Part shown: positions 1 to 9,658 of the stretch, piece after piece
Layout: the number at the start of each line of letters is the position of its first letter
How positions within the stretch are numbered: the first letter of the stretch is position 1
Source of the DNA: an uncultured delta proteobacterium
GTDB taxonomy: Bacteria > Myxococcota > Myxococcia > Myxococcales > Myxococcaceae
DNA length: 64,000 nt
NCBI GenBank assembly: GCA_963771175.1
Contig: CAVYSY010000021.1
Span: 96,001-160,000, forward strand
Reading direction: 5' to 3'
The notes under the pieces: generated by a model
What the model saw: only the letters and a program-made list of their open reading frames with translations
What the model was told of the DNA's origin: nothing
Database searches by the model: none
Program-made: the position numbers and the translations under genes

Positions 1-321
1 GCGCTCACCTCGGGGGGCCACGAGAACAAGGCCTATGACCTGACCGGTCCCGAGGCCTTCACCATCGCCCAGGCCGCCGCCACCATCGGCGAGGTGACCG
101 GCCGGAAGGTCCAGTACGTGGAAGTGCCCGATGCGGCCGCGCGCCATGCCATGCTCGACGCGGGCATGCCGACGTGGATGGTCGACGCGATGATGGAGCT
201 GCACGGCATCAACAAGGCGGGCTACGCCGCCCAGGTGACGGACACGGTGCAGAAGCTCTCCGGCCGTGCGCCGACGAACTTCACCCGGTTCGCCCAGCAG
301 AACGCCGCGCGCTGGAAGTAG
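1..321 (+). CDS. NmrA/SDR-family NAD(P)H-binding oxidoreductase, C-terminal part (runs off left edge)
   Basis: Frame 1 is open from base 1: ALTSGGHENKAYDLTGPEAFTIAQAAATIGEVTGRKVQYV... The YxLTGPE motif and C-terminus are typical of NmrA-like SDRs. Confidence 0.8.
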   Translation, partial: ALTSGGHENKAYDLTGPEAFTIAQAAATIGEVTGRKVQYVEVPDAAARHAMLDAGMPTWMVDAMMELHGINKAGYAAQVTDTVQKLSGRAPTNFTRFAQQNAARWK

Positions 322-432
322 GGCGCGGTCGACACCGAGGAGCCAGGACTCCTCCAGATCTCCATGCGCACGGGCGGTGAGGGCGTTAGAAGGGCCGCCT
401 CACTCGCAGTCCGAATCTGGAGGAGTCTCCTC

Positions 433-873
433 ATGCCCCCTGTCACCATCCAGCCGCTCTACACCGCCACCGCCACCTCGCACGGGGGCCGCAACGGCCG
501 CGTCCGTTCGGACGACGGGACGATCGACATGGCGCTCACCATGCCCAAGTCGCTGGGTGGCCCGGAGACCCCTGGCACCACCAACCCCGAGCAGCTCTTC
601 GCCGCGGGCTACTCGGCATGCTTCGAGGGCGCGCTGCGGATGGTGGCCGGGCAGATGAAGAAGCAGATCAAGGACGCGCACATCACCGCCAAGGCGACCA
701 TCGGGAAGATTCCGACGGGCGGCTTCGGTCTGGCGGTGGCGCTCCACGGCAAGCTCGCGGGCGTGTCGCAGGCCGAGGCGGACGAGCTGATGCAGGCGGC
801 CCACAAGGTGTGCCCGTACTCGCTGGCCACCCGGGGCAACATCGAGGTGACGCTCTCGGCCGAGGCGGTCTGA
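433..873 (+). CDS. ohr: Organic hydroperoxide resistance protein (Ohr/OsmC family)
   Basis: GGRNG, TNPEQLFAAGYSACF and AHKVCPYS motifs with both catalytic Cys; AGGAG RBS before ATG 433. Confidence 0.95.
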   Translation: MPPVTIQPLYTATATSHGGRNGRVRSDDGTIDMALTMPKSLGGPETPGTTNPEQLFAAGYSACFEGALRMVAGQMKKQIKDAHITAKATIGKIPTGGFGLAVALHGKLAGVSQAEADELMQAAHKVCPYSLATRGNIEVTLSAEAV

Positions 874-874
874 G

Positions 875-2092
875 TCACCTCACCTGGCCTCCCGTCGCCC
901 AGGTGCCCCACCGCACGAGCCGCGTGCTGCCCTCGGTCTCGCGCTTGCCGCCAGGCAGCACGCGCTCGGTGCCATCGGCGAGCGCCTGGAAGCGCGCCTC
1001 GTAGGGAAGGCCCGCGAGCGCGGGGGCCCACGGGTCCGCCGCGAAGGTCTCCGAGTAGATGCGATGGGCGTCCCCCTCGCTCGAGGTGCGCTGCACGGTG
1101 ACGGAGGGCACGTCGTGGCCCTCCACGGTGAAGGTGCCGCGAGTGCCGGACGCGGCGGCCGGAGGAAAGTCACCCGAGAACAGTGCTTCCCAGGGCAGGT
1201 TCATCAGCACCTCCTCGAGGGGCTCCGGCTCGGCCTGGGAGAAGTCGGAGCAGGGCGCGGTGCTCGCGTCGACGGGGCTGTCGGTGCGCAGGATGAAGCC
1301 GCGCTCGGCGGCGAAGCACACGCGCTGCACGGAGGGTGACGGGCCCACCTCCACGCGCCGATCGTAGTACGCGCCGGGTCCCAGCGGTCGCTCCATCACG
1401 GGCGGCGCGGCGTTGGCCTCGGCCGAGCCCTCGCGGAACTCCCGCAGCGTGAACTGGAAGCCACCCATGGTTCCGCCGAAACCAGAGAGCGAGGTGCCCG
1501 CCTCAAGCAGGCCATGGGTGAGGTACAGCGGCCCTGGCTGGACGGCGTACACGCGTGTCTCCAAGGGGCCGTCCACGGGGGTCTCGTCGTTGACGTAGCG
1601 CAGGGCGTCCCAGGTGCGGCCGGCGGAGGAGGTGCGCTCGGCGGTGGCCTTGCCCTGGCGTGGCACGTCGAGCGTGCGCGTCTCGTCCGTGCGCACGGGC
1701 AGGAGGAGGTCCCGCGAGAGCCGCGTCTGCGTCAGGGGCTTGCCGGCTTCATCGGTGAAGGACAGGCGCACCCAGACCCAGGGCTGCTGCACGGATACCA
1801 CCTCGAGTGTCACCTGGCCGCCAATGTCGCCCGAGGGGTCACGAGGTGCGCTGAGTCGCTCCATGAGGCTGACGTGGGAGCTGCTCCGGTGCGCGGAGAA
1901 AGAGTAGGTGACGCGGTCGCCCACGCGGGCGCGCTCCCAGGAGGACTCGTCGCCCTGCATGGGCGCGGGCTGTTGGGCTTGAGAGTCCGTGGGAGCTGGG
2001 CCGCTCGACTTCGTGCTCTCGCAGCCGGGGAGGAACGACAGAGCCGCGCCGAGCAGCGCGGCCACGGGGAGGGTGGAGTGGCGCATTTGCAT
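875..2092 (-). CDS. Hypothetical lipoprotein
   Basis: Signal peptide with lipobox-like LSFLPGC; GC3-biased 405-aa ORF; no recognised catalytic motif. Confidence 0.7.
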   Translation of the reverse strand: MQMRHSTLPVAALLGAALSFLPGCESTKSSGPAPTDSQAQQPAPMQGDESSWERARVGDRVTYSFSAHRSSSHVSLMERLSAPRDPSGDIGGQVTLEVVSVQQPWVWVRLSFTDEAGKPLTQTRLSRDLLLPVRTDETRTLDVPRQGKATAERTSSAGRTWDALRYVNDETPVDGPLETRVYAVQPGPLYLTHGLLEAGTSLSGFGGTMGGFQFTLREFREGSAEANAAPPVMERPLGPGAYYDRRVEVGPSPSVQRVCFAAERGFILRTDSPVDASTAPCSDFSQAEPEPLEEVLMNLPWEALFSGDFPPAAASGTRGTFTVEGHDVPSVTVQRTSSEGDAHRIYSETFAADPWAPALAGLPYEARFQALADGTERVLPGGKRETEGSTRLVRWGTWATGGQVR

Positions 2093-2152
2093 GTGAGACT
2101 TGATACACCGGGAGTGTATTCATTCCCATGAATTGCCATTGGAGCCGCGCGC

Positions 2153-4177
2153 ATGCCCCCGTCCCTCTCCATCCGCCGTGTCGTCCTCTACAAGCACGGA
2201 GTTGGCTACTTCGAGCGCCGTGGCAAGGTGAGCGGCAGCGAGACGCTCCACTTCGACTTCAAGGCGCGGGACATGAATGACGTCCTGAAGTCGATGACGG
2301 TGCTGGACCTGTCGGGCGGCTCGGTGTCGGCGGTGAGCTACGACTCCACCAAGCCACTGGAGCAGTTGCTGAAAGAGGCCACCATCCGGATTCCCGACTC
2401 GGGCAGCCTCACCGCGCTGCTGGGTCAGGTGAAGGGCGCGCGGGTGCGGGTGCGCGTGGGCAAGGAGCAGGTGGAGGGCGTCATCGTGGGGCTCGAGTCC
2501 CTGCCAGTGGCCCAGGGCGAGACGGCGGTGCATCGGCCCTTCTTGACGCTGCTGGTGGGCGCGTCGCTGCGCACCTTCGACCTGCTGGAGGTGGCGGAGC
2601 TGACCTTCCTGGACGACGCCGTGCGCAAGGACCTCGAGTTCTACCTGGCCACGGTGCTGTCCTCGTACAAGAAGGACACCAAGCGGCTCTCCGTGCTCAC
2701 CGCGGGCGAGGGCGAGCGGGAGCTGTTCGTCTCGTACGTGCTGGAAGCGCCGGTGTGGAAGACGAGCTACCGGATTCTGCTGGACGAGGAGCAGAAGCCG
2801 CTCTTGCAGGGCTGGGCGGTGGTGGACAACACGGGGGATGAGGACTGGGTGGACGTGGACCTGGCGCTCATCGCGGGGCTGCCGGTGTCCTTCGTGCACG
2901 ACCTCTACAACCCGCGCTACATGAAGCGGCCGATCGTGGAGGTGCGCACCGAGGCGGCCGCGGCTCCCGTCATCCCCGAGGAGGGCTTTGGCGCGGCGGC
3001 CGAGATGATGGCCGAGGAGCCGATGATGGAGATGGCCGCCATGGCCCCTCCCGCGCCTGGGGCCGCGCCCATGAAGAGCATGCGAGCGATGGTGGCGGGT
3101 GGTGGACCGGGCAGGCGCGAGGCCATGGAGCGGAGCGCGGCGGTGAAGACGCTGACGAAGGAGGTGGGGGACCTCTTCGAGTACCGGGTGGACCACCCGG
3201 TGACGGTGCACCGCAACCAGAGCGCGCTGGTGCCCATCCTGCACCGGCCCTTCGAGGGCAAGCGGGTGCTGCTCTACAACCGCACCACGCGCGAGAAGAA
3301 CCCGATGGCGTGCATCGAGCTGAAGAACACCACGGGGCTGACGCTGGAGGGCGGGCCGGTGACGGTGACGGAGGGGGACACCTACGTGGGCGAGGCGATG
3401 CTCGACACGATGAAGCCGGACGACAAGCGCTTCGTTCCGTACGCGGTGGAGCTCGGGTGCGTGGTGTCGCTGGAGGACCGGACGGAGGAGGGGCCGGTGT
3501 TCCGCGCGGTGGTGAATCGCGGGGTGCTGATGGTGGAGTTCTACCACCTGCGGCGGATGGTCTACACGGTGCGCAACAAGGCGAAGCGGCCCCAGACGCT
3601 CTACCTGGAGCACCCGCGCACGGGTTGGGAGCTGAAGGACACGCCGGAGCCGGCCGAGACCACGGACAACTTCTACCGCTTCAAGCTGGAGCTGGCGGCG
3701 AGCGGCGAGCAGGAGCTCACGGTCACCGAGCGCACGACGGGACATCGCTCGTGGAACTTCTCCATCACCGGGCCGGACGAGGTGAACTTCTTCCTGGACT
3801 CGGGCTACATCGACGAGCGGGTGGCGCAGGGCGTGCGGGAGATCATCTCCATCCGCGACAAGGTGGCACAGCTCCAACGGGACGAGCAGCGGCTGAATGA
3901 AGAGCGGGCGCGGCTCTTCAAGGACCAGGAGCGCATCCGGGCCAACATCGACTCCCTGAAGAGCGGGGCCTCGCAGCGGGAGCTGGCCGAGCGCTTCGTG
4001 GGGAAGCTGAACGAGCAGGAGGATCGGCTGGAGGTGATTGTCCGGGAGCTTGAGCGGGTGGCGCGCGAGAAGCGCGAAGCGCAGGAGGCGGTGGACCGTC
4101 TGCTCCAGGCGCTGGCCTTCACCGCGGACCTGGGCACGCCGTCCGCCGAGAAGGGACGCGGCAAGGGCAAGGCGTAG
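2153..4177 (+). CDS. DUF4139-like protein with C-terminal coiled coil
   Basis: VVLYKHGVGYFER, WKTSYRI, LQGWAVVDNTGDEDW and LEGGPVTV motifs; heptad-rich C-terminus. Confidence 0.8.
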   Translation: MPPSLSIRRVVLYKHGVGYFERRGKVSGSETLHFDFKARDMNDVLKSMTVLDLSGGSVSAVSYDSTKPLEQLLKEATIRIPDSGSLTALLGQVKGARVRVRVGKEQVEGVIVGLESLPVAQGETAVHRPFLTLLVGASLRTFDLLEVAELTFLDDAVRKDLEFYLATVLSSYKKDTKRLSVLTAGEGERELFVSYVLEAPVWKTSYRILLDEEQKPLLQGWAVVDNTGDEDWVDVDLALIAGLPVSFVHDLYNPRYMKRPIVEVRTEAAAAPVIPEEGFGAAAEMMAEEPMMEMAAMAPPAPGAAPMKSMRAMVAGGGPGRREAMERSAAVKTLTKEVGDLFEYRVDHPVTVHRNQSALVPILHRPFEGKRVLLYNRTTREKNPMACIELKNTTGLTLEGGPVTVTEGDTYVGEAMLDTMKPDDKRFVPYAVELGCVVSLEDRTEEGPVFRAVVNRGVLMVEFYHLRRMVYTVRNKAKRPQTLYLEHPRTGWELKDTPEPAETTDNFYRFKLELAASGEQELTVTERTTGHRSWNFSITGPDEVNFFLDSGYIDERVAQGVREIISIRDKVAQLQRDEQRLNEERARLFKDQERIRANIDSLKSGASQRELAERFVGKLNEQEDRLEVIVRELERVAREKREAQEAVDRLLQALAFTADLGTPSAEKGRGKGKA

Positions 4178-4219
4178 CGCGCACCCGCGAGGGAGGCCCT
4201 CGGGAGCTGGTGCGTCACG

Positions 4220-5911
4220 TCAGGGCGCCGCGTAGACCTCGGCGCCCGCCACCACCGTGAGCTTCACCTGGGCGGTGAGCAGCTCCGCCACCGGCGCCTC
4301 CACCGGGTCCACCGAGAACGCCACGAAGTCCGCGTCCATGCCCGGCTTCAGCCGGCCCCGCTCGTTCTCCGCGAACGCCGCCCAGGCAGCGCCCACCGTG
4401 AAGCCCTCCAGTGCTTCCTCCCCGCTCATCCGCTGGTCGGGGTACCACCCGCTCGCGGGCTTTCCCTCGGCGTCCTGCCGCGTGCGCGCCGCGTAGAGCC
4501 CCGGCAGCACGTCCGGACGCTCCACCGGGAAGTCGCTGCCGAACGCCAGCGGCGCCCCCGACTCCTTCAGCTTCCGCCATGCGTAGGCGCCCTTGATGCG
4601 CTCGGGCCCCACGCGCGTCTCCGCCCACGGCATGTCGCTCGTCGCGTGCGTGGGCTGCATGCTCGCCACGATGCCGCTCTGGCCCATCCGCTGGATGTCC
4701 TCCAGCCGCATCACCTGCGCGTGCTCCACCCGGTGCCGCCCGTCGCGTGTCCCCGTGGCCTCGGCCGAGCGCAGCAGCGTCTCCAGCACCAGCGTGTTCG
4801 CCCGGTCCCCAATCGCGTGCGTGGCCACCTGGAAGCCGCGCGCCATGAAGGCCCGCACCCGCGCCTCGTACTCCTCGGGCGTCAGCAGCAGCAGCCCGCG
4901 GTGGCCCGGCTCGTCGCTGTACGGCGCGTGCAGTGCCGCGCCCCGGCTCCCCAGCGCTCCGTCCATGCTCAGCTTCACCGCTCGCATCGTCAGCATCCGG
5001 CCCTGGAAGGGGCCCTCTCGCAGGTACGTCTCGCGGTCCGCGCCCTGGCCATCCGCCATCACGTAGACGCGCAGCGGCAGCTTGCCCTCCTTGTCCCAGC
5101 GCTGGAGCAGGCGGAAGGTGCGCAGGTCCATGCCCGCGTCGTGGAAGCCCGTCAGCCCCACCTCCGCGCAGCGGGCGAGCGCCCCGGCGATCCGCGCCTC
5201 CAACTGCGCGTCCGTGGGCGCCGGCAGCACCGCGGACACCAGGTCCATCGCGTTGTCCACGAGGATGCCCGTGGGCTCACCGTCCGGGCCACGGAGGATC
5301 CGGCCACCGGCGGGGTCCGGCGTCTCCTTCGTAATCTTCGCCCGCCGGAGCGCCTCGCCATTCACCCACAGCGCGTGACCATCCACGCGCTCGAGCACCA
5401 CGGGCGTCTTCGGCTGCCGCGCGTCCAGCTCGGCCCGGCCGGGGAAGCTCTTCTCCGGCCAGTCGTTCTGGTCCCACCCGCGACCCAGGAGCCAGTCCCC
5501 CTGCCATGCCGTGGCGGGCGCGGCGGCCACGCGGGCGAGCACCTCCTCGCGCGAGGCCGTGCCCTCCAGCGATACCGCGGCGAGGCTGTGTCCGAGGCCC
5601 GCAAGGTGCCCGTGCGCGTCGGTGAGGCCGGGCACGACCGTCGCATCCCCGAGGTCCACCACCCGCGCCCCCGCTCCCGCCGCGGCGAGCACCTCGTCCC
5701 GGGTGCCCACCGCGAGCACCTTCCCCGCGCGCACGGAGAGCGCTTCGGCGATCGGCCGCTCCGCATCGAGCGTCCGCACGCGCCGCGCGACATACACGGT
5801 GGTGGTGGAAGGAGCGGGAGCCTGCCGCGCCTCGGGAGCATTCCGGGCACAACCGGCCGCGCACGCGACGAGGAGGAGCACTGCGCCAGGGAGAGACCGC
5901 TTGCCGTGCAT
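4220..5911 (-). CDS. Amidohydrolase (YtcJ/amidohydro_3 family), probable lipoprotein
   Basis: PGLTDAHGH, DGALGSRGA, HAIGDRA, HRVEHAQ, FGSDFPVE and GRLKPGMDADF motifs; N-terminal LLLVAC signal. Confidence 0.92.
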   Translation of the reverse strand: MHGKRSLPGAVLLLVACAAGCARNAPEARQAPAPSTTTVYVARRVRTLDAERPIAEALSVRAGKVLAVGTRDEVLAAAGAGARVVDLGDATVVPGLTDAHGHLAGLGHSLAAVSLEGTASREEVLARVAAAPATAWQGDWLLGRGWDQNDWPEKSFPGRAELDARQPKTPVVLERVDGHALWVNGEALRRAKITKETPDPAGGRILRGPDGEPTGILVDNAMDLVSAVLPAPTDAQLEARIAGALARCAEVGLTGFHDAGMDLRTFRLLQRWDKEGKLPLRVYVMADGQGADRETYLREGPFQGRMLTMRAVKLSMDGALGSRGAALHAPYSDEPGHRGLLLLTPEEYEARVRAFMARGFQVATHAIGDRANTLVLETLLRSAEATGTRDGRHRVEHAQVMRLEDIQRMGQSGIVASMQPTHATSDMPWAETRVGPERIKGAYAWRKLKESGAPLAFGSDFPVERPDVLPGLYAARTRQDAEGKPASGWYPDQRMSGEEALEGFTVGAAWAAFAENERGRLKPGMDADFVAFSVDPVEAPVAELLTAQVKLTVVAGAEVYAAP

Positions 5912-6031
5912 CGCACACCTCTCAGACTGCCCCGGAGGCCGGGGGCGGTGGGCGTTGCACTCTGGCGCACTCGCGCGCGAGTGGGAATGCACGTGCCGTC
6001 ACGAAGCAATACGTCATACGCTCCGGCGGCC

Positions 6032-6874
6032 ATGAAGACGCTTCGCACCACGCTGCTCGTCGTCGGCGGGGGCCTCGCCCTCGTCTCGCCACTCACCGCT
6101 CTGGCCAGGGACGCCAAGGCTCCCGCACCGGCGGCGCTCGTGTCCTTCACCGAGCCCGAGTCCATCAAGCGCCTCGAGCGCAGCAAGCACAAGGTGGACT
6201 TCTTCCATCTGGCCAACCAGTTCGAGAGCCAGGGCAACAAGGCCTTCTGCGGCCCCACCTCCTCGGTCATCGTGCTCAACGCCCTGCGCGTGAACAACGA
6301 CTCCATCTCCAAGCCGCAGGACCCGCGCCTCGTGCTGGACGAGGACAAGGCGCTGATTCCCCCGGGGTTTGATCCGCTCTTCCAGCGCTACACGCAGAAC
6401 AACTTCTTCGACGAGGCCTCCTCGAAGGTGAAGCGCCGCGAGCAGGTGTTCGGCAAGCCCGCCGCCGAGGGCGGGAAGCCCGACGGCGGCATCCAGCTCC
6501 GTCAGCTCCAGGGAATGCTGGTGGCCAAGGGGCTCGACGTGCGGCTCCGCGTCGCGGACGACTCGCTCACCGACGCCACCATCAAGGCCGAGCTGAAGGA
6601 GAACCTGAAGACGGCCAACGACTACGTCATCGTCAATTACACCCGGCCGGTGCTGGGCCAGAAGGGCGGCGGCCACATCTCGCCGCTGGGGGCCTATGAC
6701 CAGGCCTCGGACTCCTTCCTCATCCTGGACGTCAACCCCAACGGCCAGTCGTGGGTGTGGGTGAATGCGGACGCGCTCATCCAGTCCATGCGCACGCTCG
6801 ACACCGTGGAGAACCGCGGCTACCTCCTGGTGAAGGAGGGCAACACCGCCGCCCAGGCCCAGGACGCGAAGTAG
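6032..6874 (+). CDS. Phytochelatin synthase-family protein (secreted, prokaryotic type)
   Basis: QGNKAFCGPTS (Cys), GGHISPLGAYD (His) and LILDVNP (Asp) form the triad; cleavable signal peptide after ATG 6032. Confidence 0.9.
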   Translation: MKTLRTTLLVVGGGLALVSPLTALARDAKAPAPAALVSFTEPESIKRLERSKHKVDFFHLANQFESQGNKAFCGPTSSVIVLNALRVNNDSISKPQDPRLVLDEDKALIPPGFDPLFQRYTQNNFFDEASSKVKRREQVFGKPAAEGGKPDGGIQLRQLQGMLVAKGLDVRLRVADDSLTDATIKAELKENLKTANDYVIVNYTRPVLGQKGGGHISPLGAYDQASDSFLILDVNPNGQSWVWVNADALIQSMRTLDTVENRGYLLVKEGNTAAQAQDAK

Positions 6875-6899
6875 TCCCAGCGCCGAGGCGCGAGCGCGC

Positions 6900-8636
6900 T
6901 CAGGTGCGCTCGCGCTCGAGCACCAGGGGCGTCCAGTCCTCGTGCAGTCGCAGGTGGGGCACGGTGACGCTGCCGTCGGCCGCGGCGGGGACGCTGCCGC
7001 GGGCCTTGCCGAAGCTCCAGCGGATGCGCTCGCCCGGCAGGCACCGGAAGCGCTGCACGCGCCGGGGCGTCACGTCCACCGTGGGCGAGTCGGAGATGCC
7101 GGGGCCACGCACCGCGCGCAGCGGCAGGACGAAGCGCCCGTGCGTGTCCACCAACCGGCTGGCGTCCCAGCGCAGCGAGCGGTTGAGCATGCCCGCCGCG
7201 TCGCCATCCCAGCCGGTGTCACCGGGCACCTTCGGGTCTCCCGCGTACCCGGAGTCATCGCGCCAGGGCCGGCTCCCATTGCCACCGCTGCCCGGGTAGC
7301 CATCCCACGAGGAGCGGCTGAAGGCCGGGAAGGCGAGGTTCCGCTTCAGGAAGGTGTTCGGGTCCTTCCTCGGCTCCCATCCGCGGTCCCACCATCGCCT
7401 GCCCAGCCACGGATCGGCCTCGAGGTGCCCGCCCTCGTCCCAGACGGCGTGGTGGCCGATGCGCTGCCGCTGCAGCGTCTCGTAGAAGGAGGCACCGGTG
7501 AGGGTGCTGGGCCCCACCACGGAGCCGAAGTGGATGATGGGGTCGTCCTTGCCATGCTCCAGGAGGAGGAACTGCGAGCGGGCCTCGGGGTCGTCGCGCA
7601 GCGCCCGCGTCATGTCCAGGCGGCTCCAGACACCCAGGCCGTCCGTGTCCGGCACCTCCTCCTCGGGCATGCCCCACAGGCTGGAGAGCTGCGCCAGCCT
7701 CCAGGGCCGATGCGCCCGCGCCACCGTCTGCGCGTGCGTGGCCTGGACGCCCGCGAAGTGCCGCGCGTACAGCGTGCCGACCGCCAGCGCGCCCGCGCCG
7801 CCCATGGAGTCTCCCTCGATGAAGACGCGCTCGGGGTCCGCGCCCGGGTAGGTGCGCAGCACCCACTCCAGCAGCGCCAGCACCCGGCGCGCGGTGTACG
7901 GCGGCACCGCTCCCTCCTGGGCCGCGGCCCGGGGCAGTCGCTCGGAGTAGCCCCACCAGTACGTGAGGTCCGGATCGCTCGGCTCGATGATGAACTGGCT
8001 CATGGCCGTCTGGGGCCTGGGCGGCCAGTTGCCCACGCCGTGCAGGCGCACCGTCACCGGCATGGTGTACGCGGCCGAGGCGGCGCTCGGCACCGTCACC
8101 ACCGCGGGGAAGGTGCGTCCGGCGTACCCGGGGCTGTCCAGCCACGCGTCCGTGACCTGCTCCAGCGTCAGGCGCATGCCGCTGGGCTGCGACTCCTCCT
8201 GGAGGATGCGCGGCTCGGGCGGGCGGACGGTGTCGTGGATTTCGAGCGTCATCCGCGCCCGCGCCGTGCTCTGGCCGTCGATGGCGGTGAAGGTGACGTC
8301 GCGGCGCGCCCCTCCCTGGATGAAGTCAGGCCGGAAGGTGAGCGTGCGAGCGGGCTCGTCCCAGCGTGCTCCCGGAGGCAGCCCGTCCACGAAGATTCGA
8401 GTGGGGCCCTGTGCGCCCTGGACCCGTACCGTGACGCGCAGCACCTCCTCCTCGTTCACGGCCTGGAAGGCGGGCACGTGCAGCTCGAGCGTCCGCGTGC
8501 CGGAGGGCAGCAGCGGGTCCATCTCGGACTGGGCCGAGGCGGGCCGTGGCGAGTCCATCATCAGCAAGGTGAGCAGCACCGGGGCCACCACCCAGTGCCG
8601 CGGATTGCAAGCTCGGAACATCCTCCCCCAACGCAT
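6900..8636 (-). CDS. Secreted Ig-like domain + alpha/beta-hydrolase protein
   Basis: Signal peptide; LPPGARWD...TLTFRPDFIQGG (He_PIG/cadherin-like); GDSMGG nucleophile elbow; HGKDD and EGGH. Start codon uncertain. Confidence 0.7.
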   Translation of the reverse strand: MRWGRMFRACNPRHWVVAPVLLTLLMMDSPRPASAQSEMDPLLPSGTRTLELHVPAFQAVNEEEVLRVTVRVQGAQGPTRIFVDGLPPGARWDEPARTLTFRPDFIQGGARRDVTFTAIDGQSTARARMTLEIHDTVRPPEPRILQEESQPSGMRLTLEQVTDAWLDSPGYAGRTFPAVVTVPSAASAAYTMPVTVRLHGVGNWPPRPQTAMSQFIIEPSDPDLTYWWGYSERLPRAAAQEGAVPPYTARRVLALLEWVLRTYPGADPERVFIEGDSMGGAGALAVGTLYARHFAGVQATHAQTVARAHRPWRLAQLSSLWGMPEEEVPDTDGLGVWSRLDMTRALRDDPEARSQFLLLEHGKDDPIIHFGSVVGPSTLTGASFYETLQRQRIGHHAVWDEGGHLEADPWLGRRWWDRGWEPRKDPNTFLKRNLAFPAFSRSSWDGYPGSGGNGSRPWRDDSGYAGDPKVPGDTGWDGDAAGMLNRSLRWDASRLVDTHGRFVLPLRAVRGPGISDSPTVDVTPRRVQRFRCLPGERIRWSFGKARGSVPAAADGSVTVPHLRLHEDWTPLVLERERT

Positions 8637-8760
8637 CGTGCAACACCCTCAAGAGTGGCTTCCGAGGGGACCGTGTCCCCCGGGCCGCGGTACGAGGCCC
8701 TGGATGTGTCGTATCAGCAAACCGCGTGCCTTTTTGTTCCCGATGCGCGCTCCCTTTCTT

Positions 8761-9534
8761 TCATGGGTGGTCGGGATGCAGCCGGTGCCGCCACCCCGTG
8801 CGCCGGGCAGTGAGGTCACGATTCTCGAAGAGTTTCACCAGCACGAGCCCCGCGACGAAGCCGCCCACGTGGGCCCACACCGCCACGCCGCTGCCCCCGT
8901 CGGCGTCGAGCCGGTTGAGCTGGGGCAGCCCGGTGAGGACCTGGAGGCCGAACCAGTACAGCAGCACCAGCCAGGCGGGCAGGGGGATGATGCGGAAGAT
9001 GATGAGGAAGATGAACAGCATGTTCACCCGCACGCGCGGGTAGAGGATGAGGTAGGCCCCCATCACTCCGGAGATGGCGCCCGAGGCGCCCACCATGGGG
9101 ACGGGCGAGGCGGGGTCCACCAGCACCTGCGCCGCCGCCGCCGCCAGTCCGCACACCCCGTAGAAGACGAGGAAGCGCAGCCGGCCCATGCTGTCCTCCA
9201 CGTTGTTGCCGAACACCCAGAAGAAGAGGCAGTTGCCCAGGATGTGACCCCAGCCCCCGTGGAGGAACATGGAGGTGAGGGGCGTGAAGCGGTTGATGGG
9301 CTCGTTGTCGACCACACACGAGAGGCCCCCTCCGAGGGGCACCGCCAGGCCCACCGGAGCCAGCCGGGTGAACTCTCCCGGGACGAGCCCGAGCTCGCAC
9401 ACGCTGCGGACCAGCGCGAGGGTGTTCAGTCCGGCGCCCTGCACGAAGACCCAGGTGGCTCCGATGGCACCGAGCAGCAGGTAGGTGACGATCGGCGTGC
9501 GGAGGGTGGGGTTGTCGTCGCTGAGGGGAATCAT
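8761..9534 (-). CDS. Rhomboid-family intramembrane serine protease
   Basis: MIPLSDDNP start, SMFLHGGWGHILGN, GASGAISG (Ser) and WAHVGGF (His). Confidence 0.95.
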   Translation of the reverse strand: MIPLSDDNPTLRTPIVTYLLLGAIGATWVFVQGAGLNTLALVRSVCELGLVPGEFTRLAPVGLAVPLGGGLSCVVDNEPINRFTPLTSMFLHGGWGHILGNCLFFWVFGNNVEDSMGRLRFLVFYGVCGLAAAAAQVLVDPASPVPMVGASGAISGVMGAYLILYPRVRVNMLFIFLIIFRIIPLPAWLVLLYWFGLQVLTGLPQLNRLDADGGSGVAVWAHVGGFVAGLVLVKLFENRDLTARRTGWRHRLHPDHP

Positions 9535-9658
9535 CGGAGGCCTTCCATGATGTGCACGCTGGTGGCGCGGGGCAGGGGGCGCGAGGCGTGTACGGCGGCG
9601 GACGTCCTGCCCCGGGGTCGCTTCCTCGCGGAGGGAGTCGACCCTAGCTGTGTGCGCC

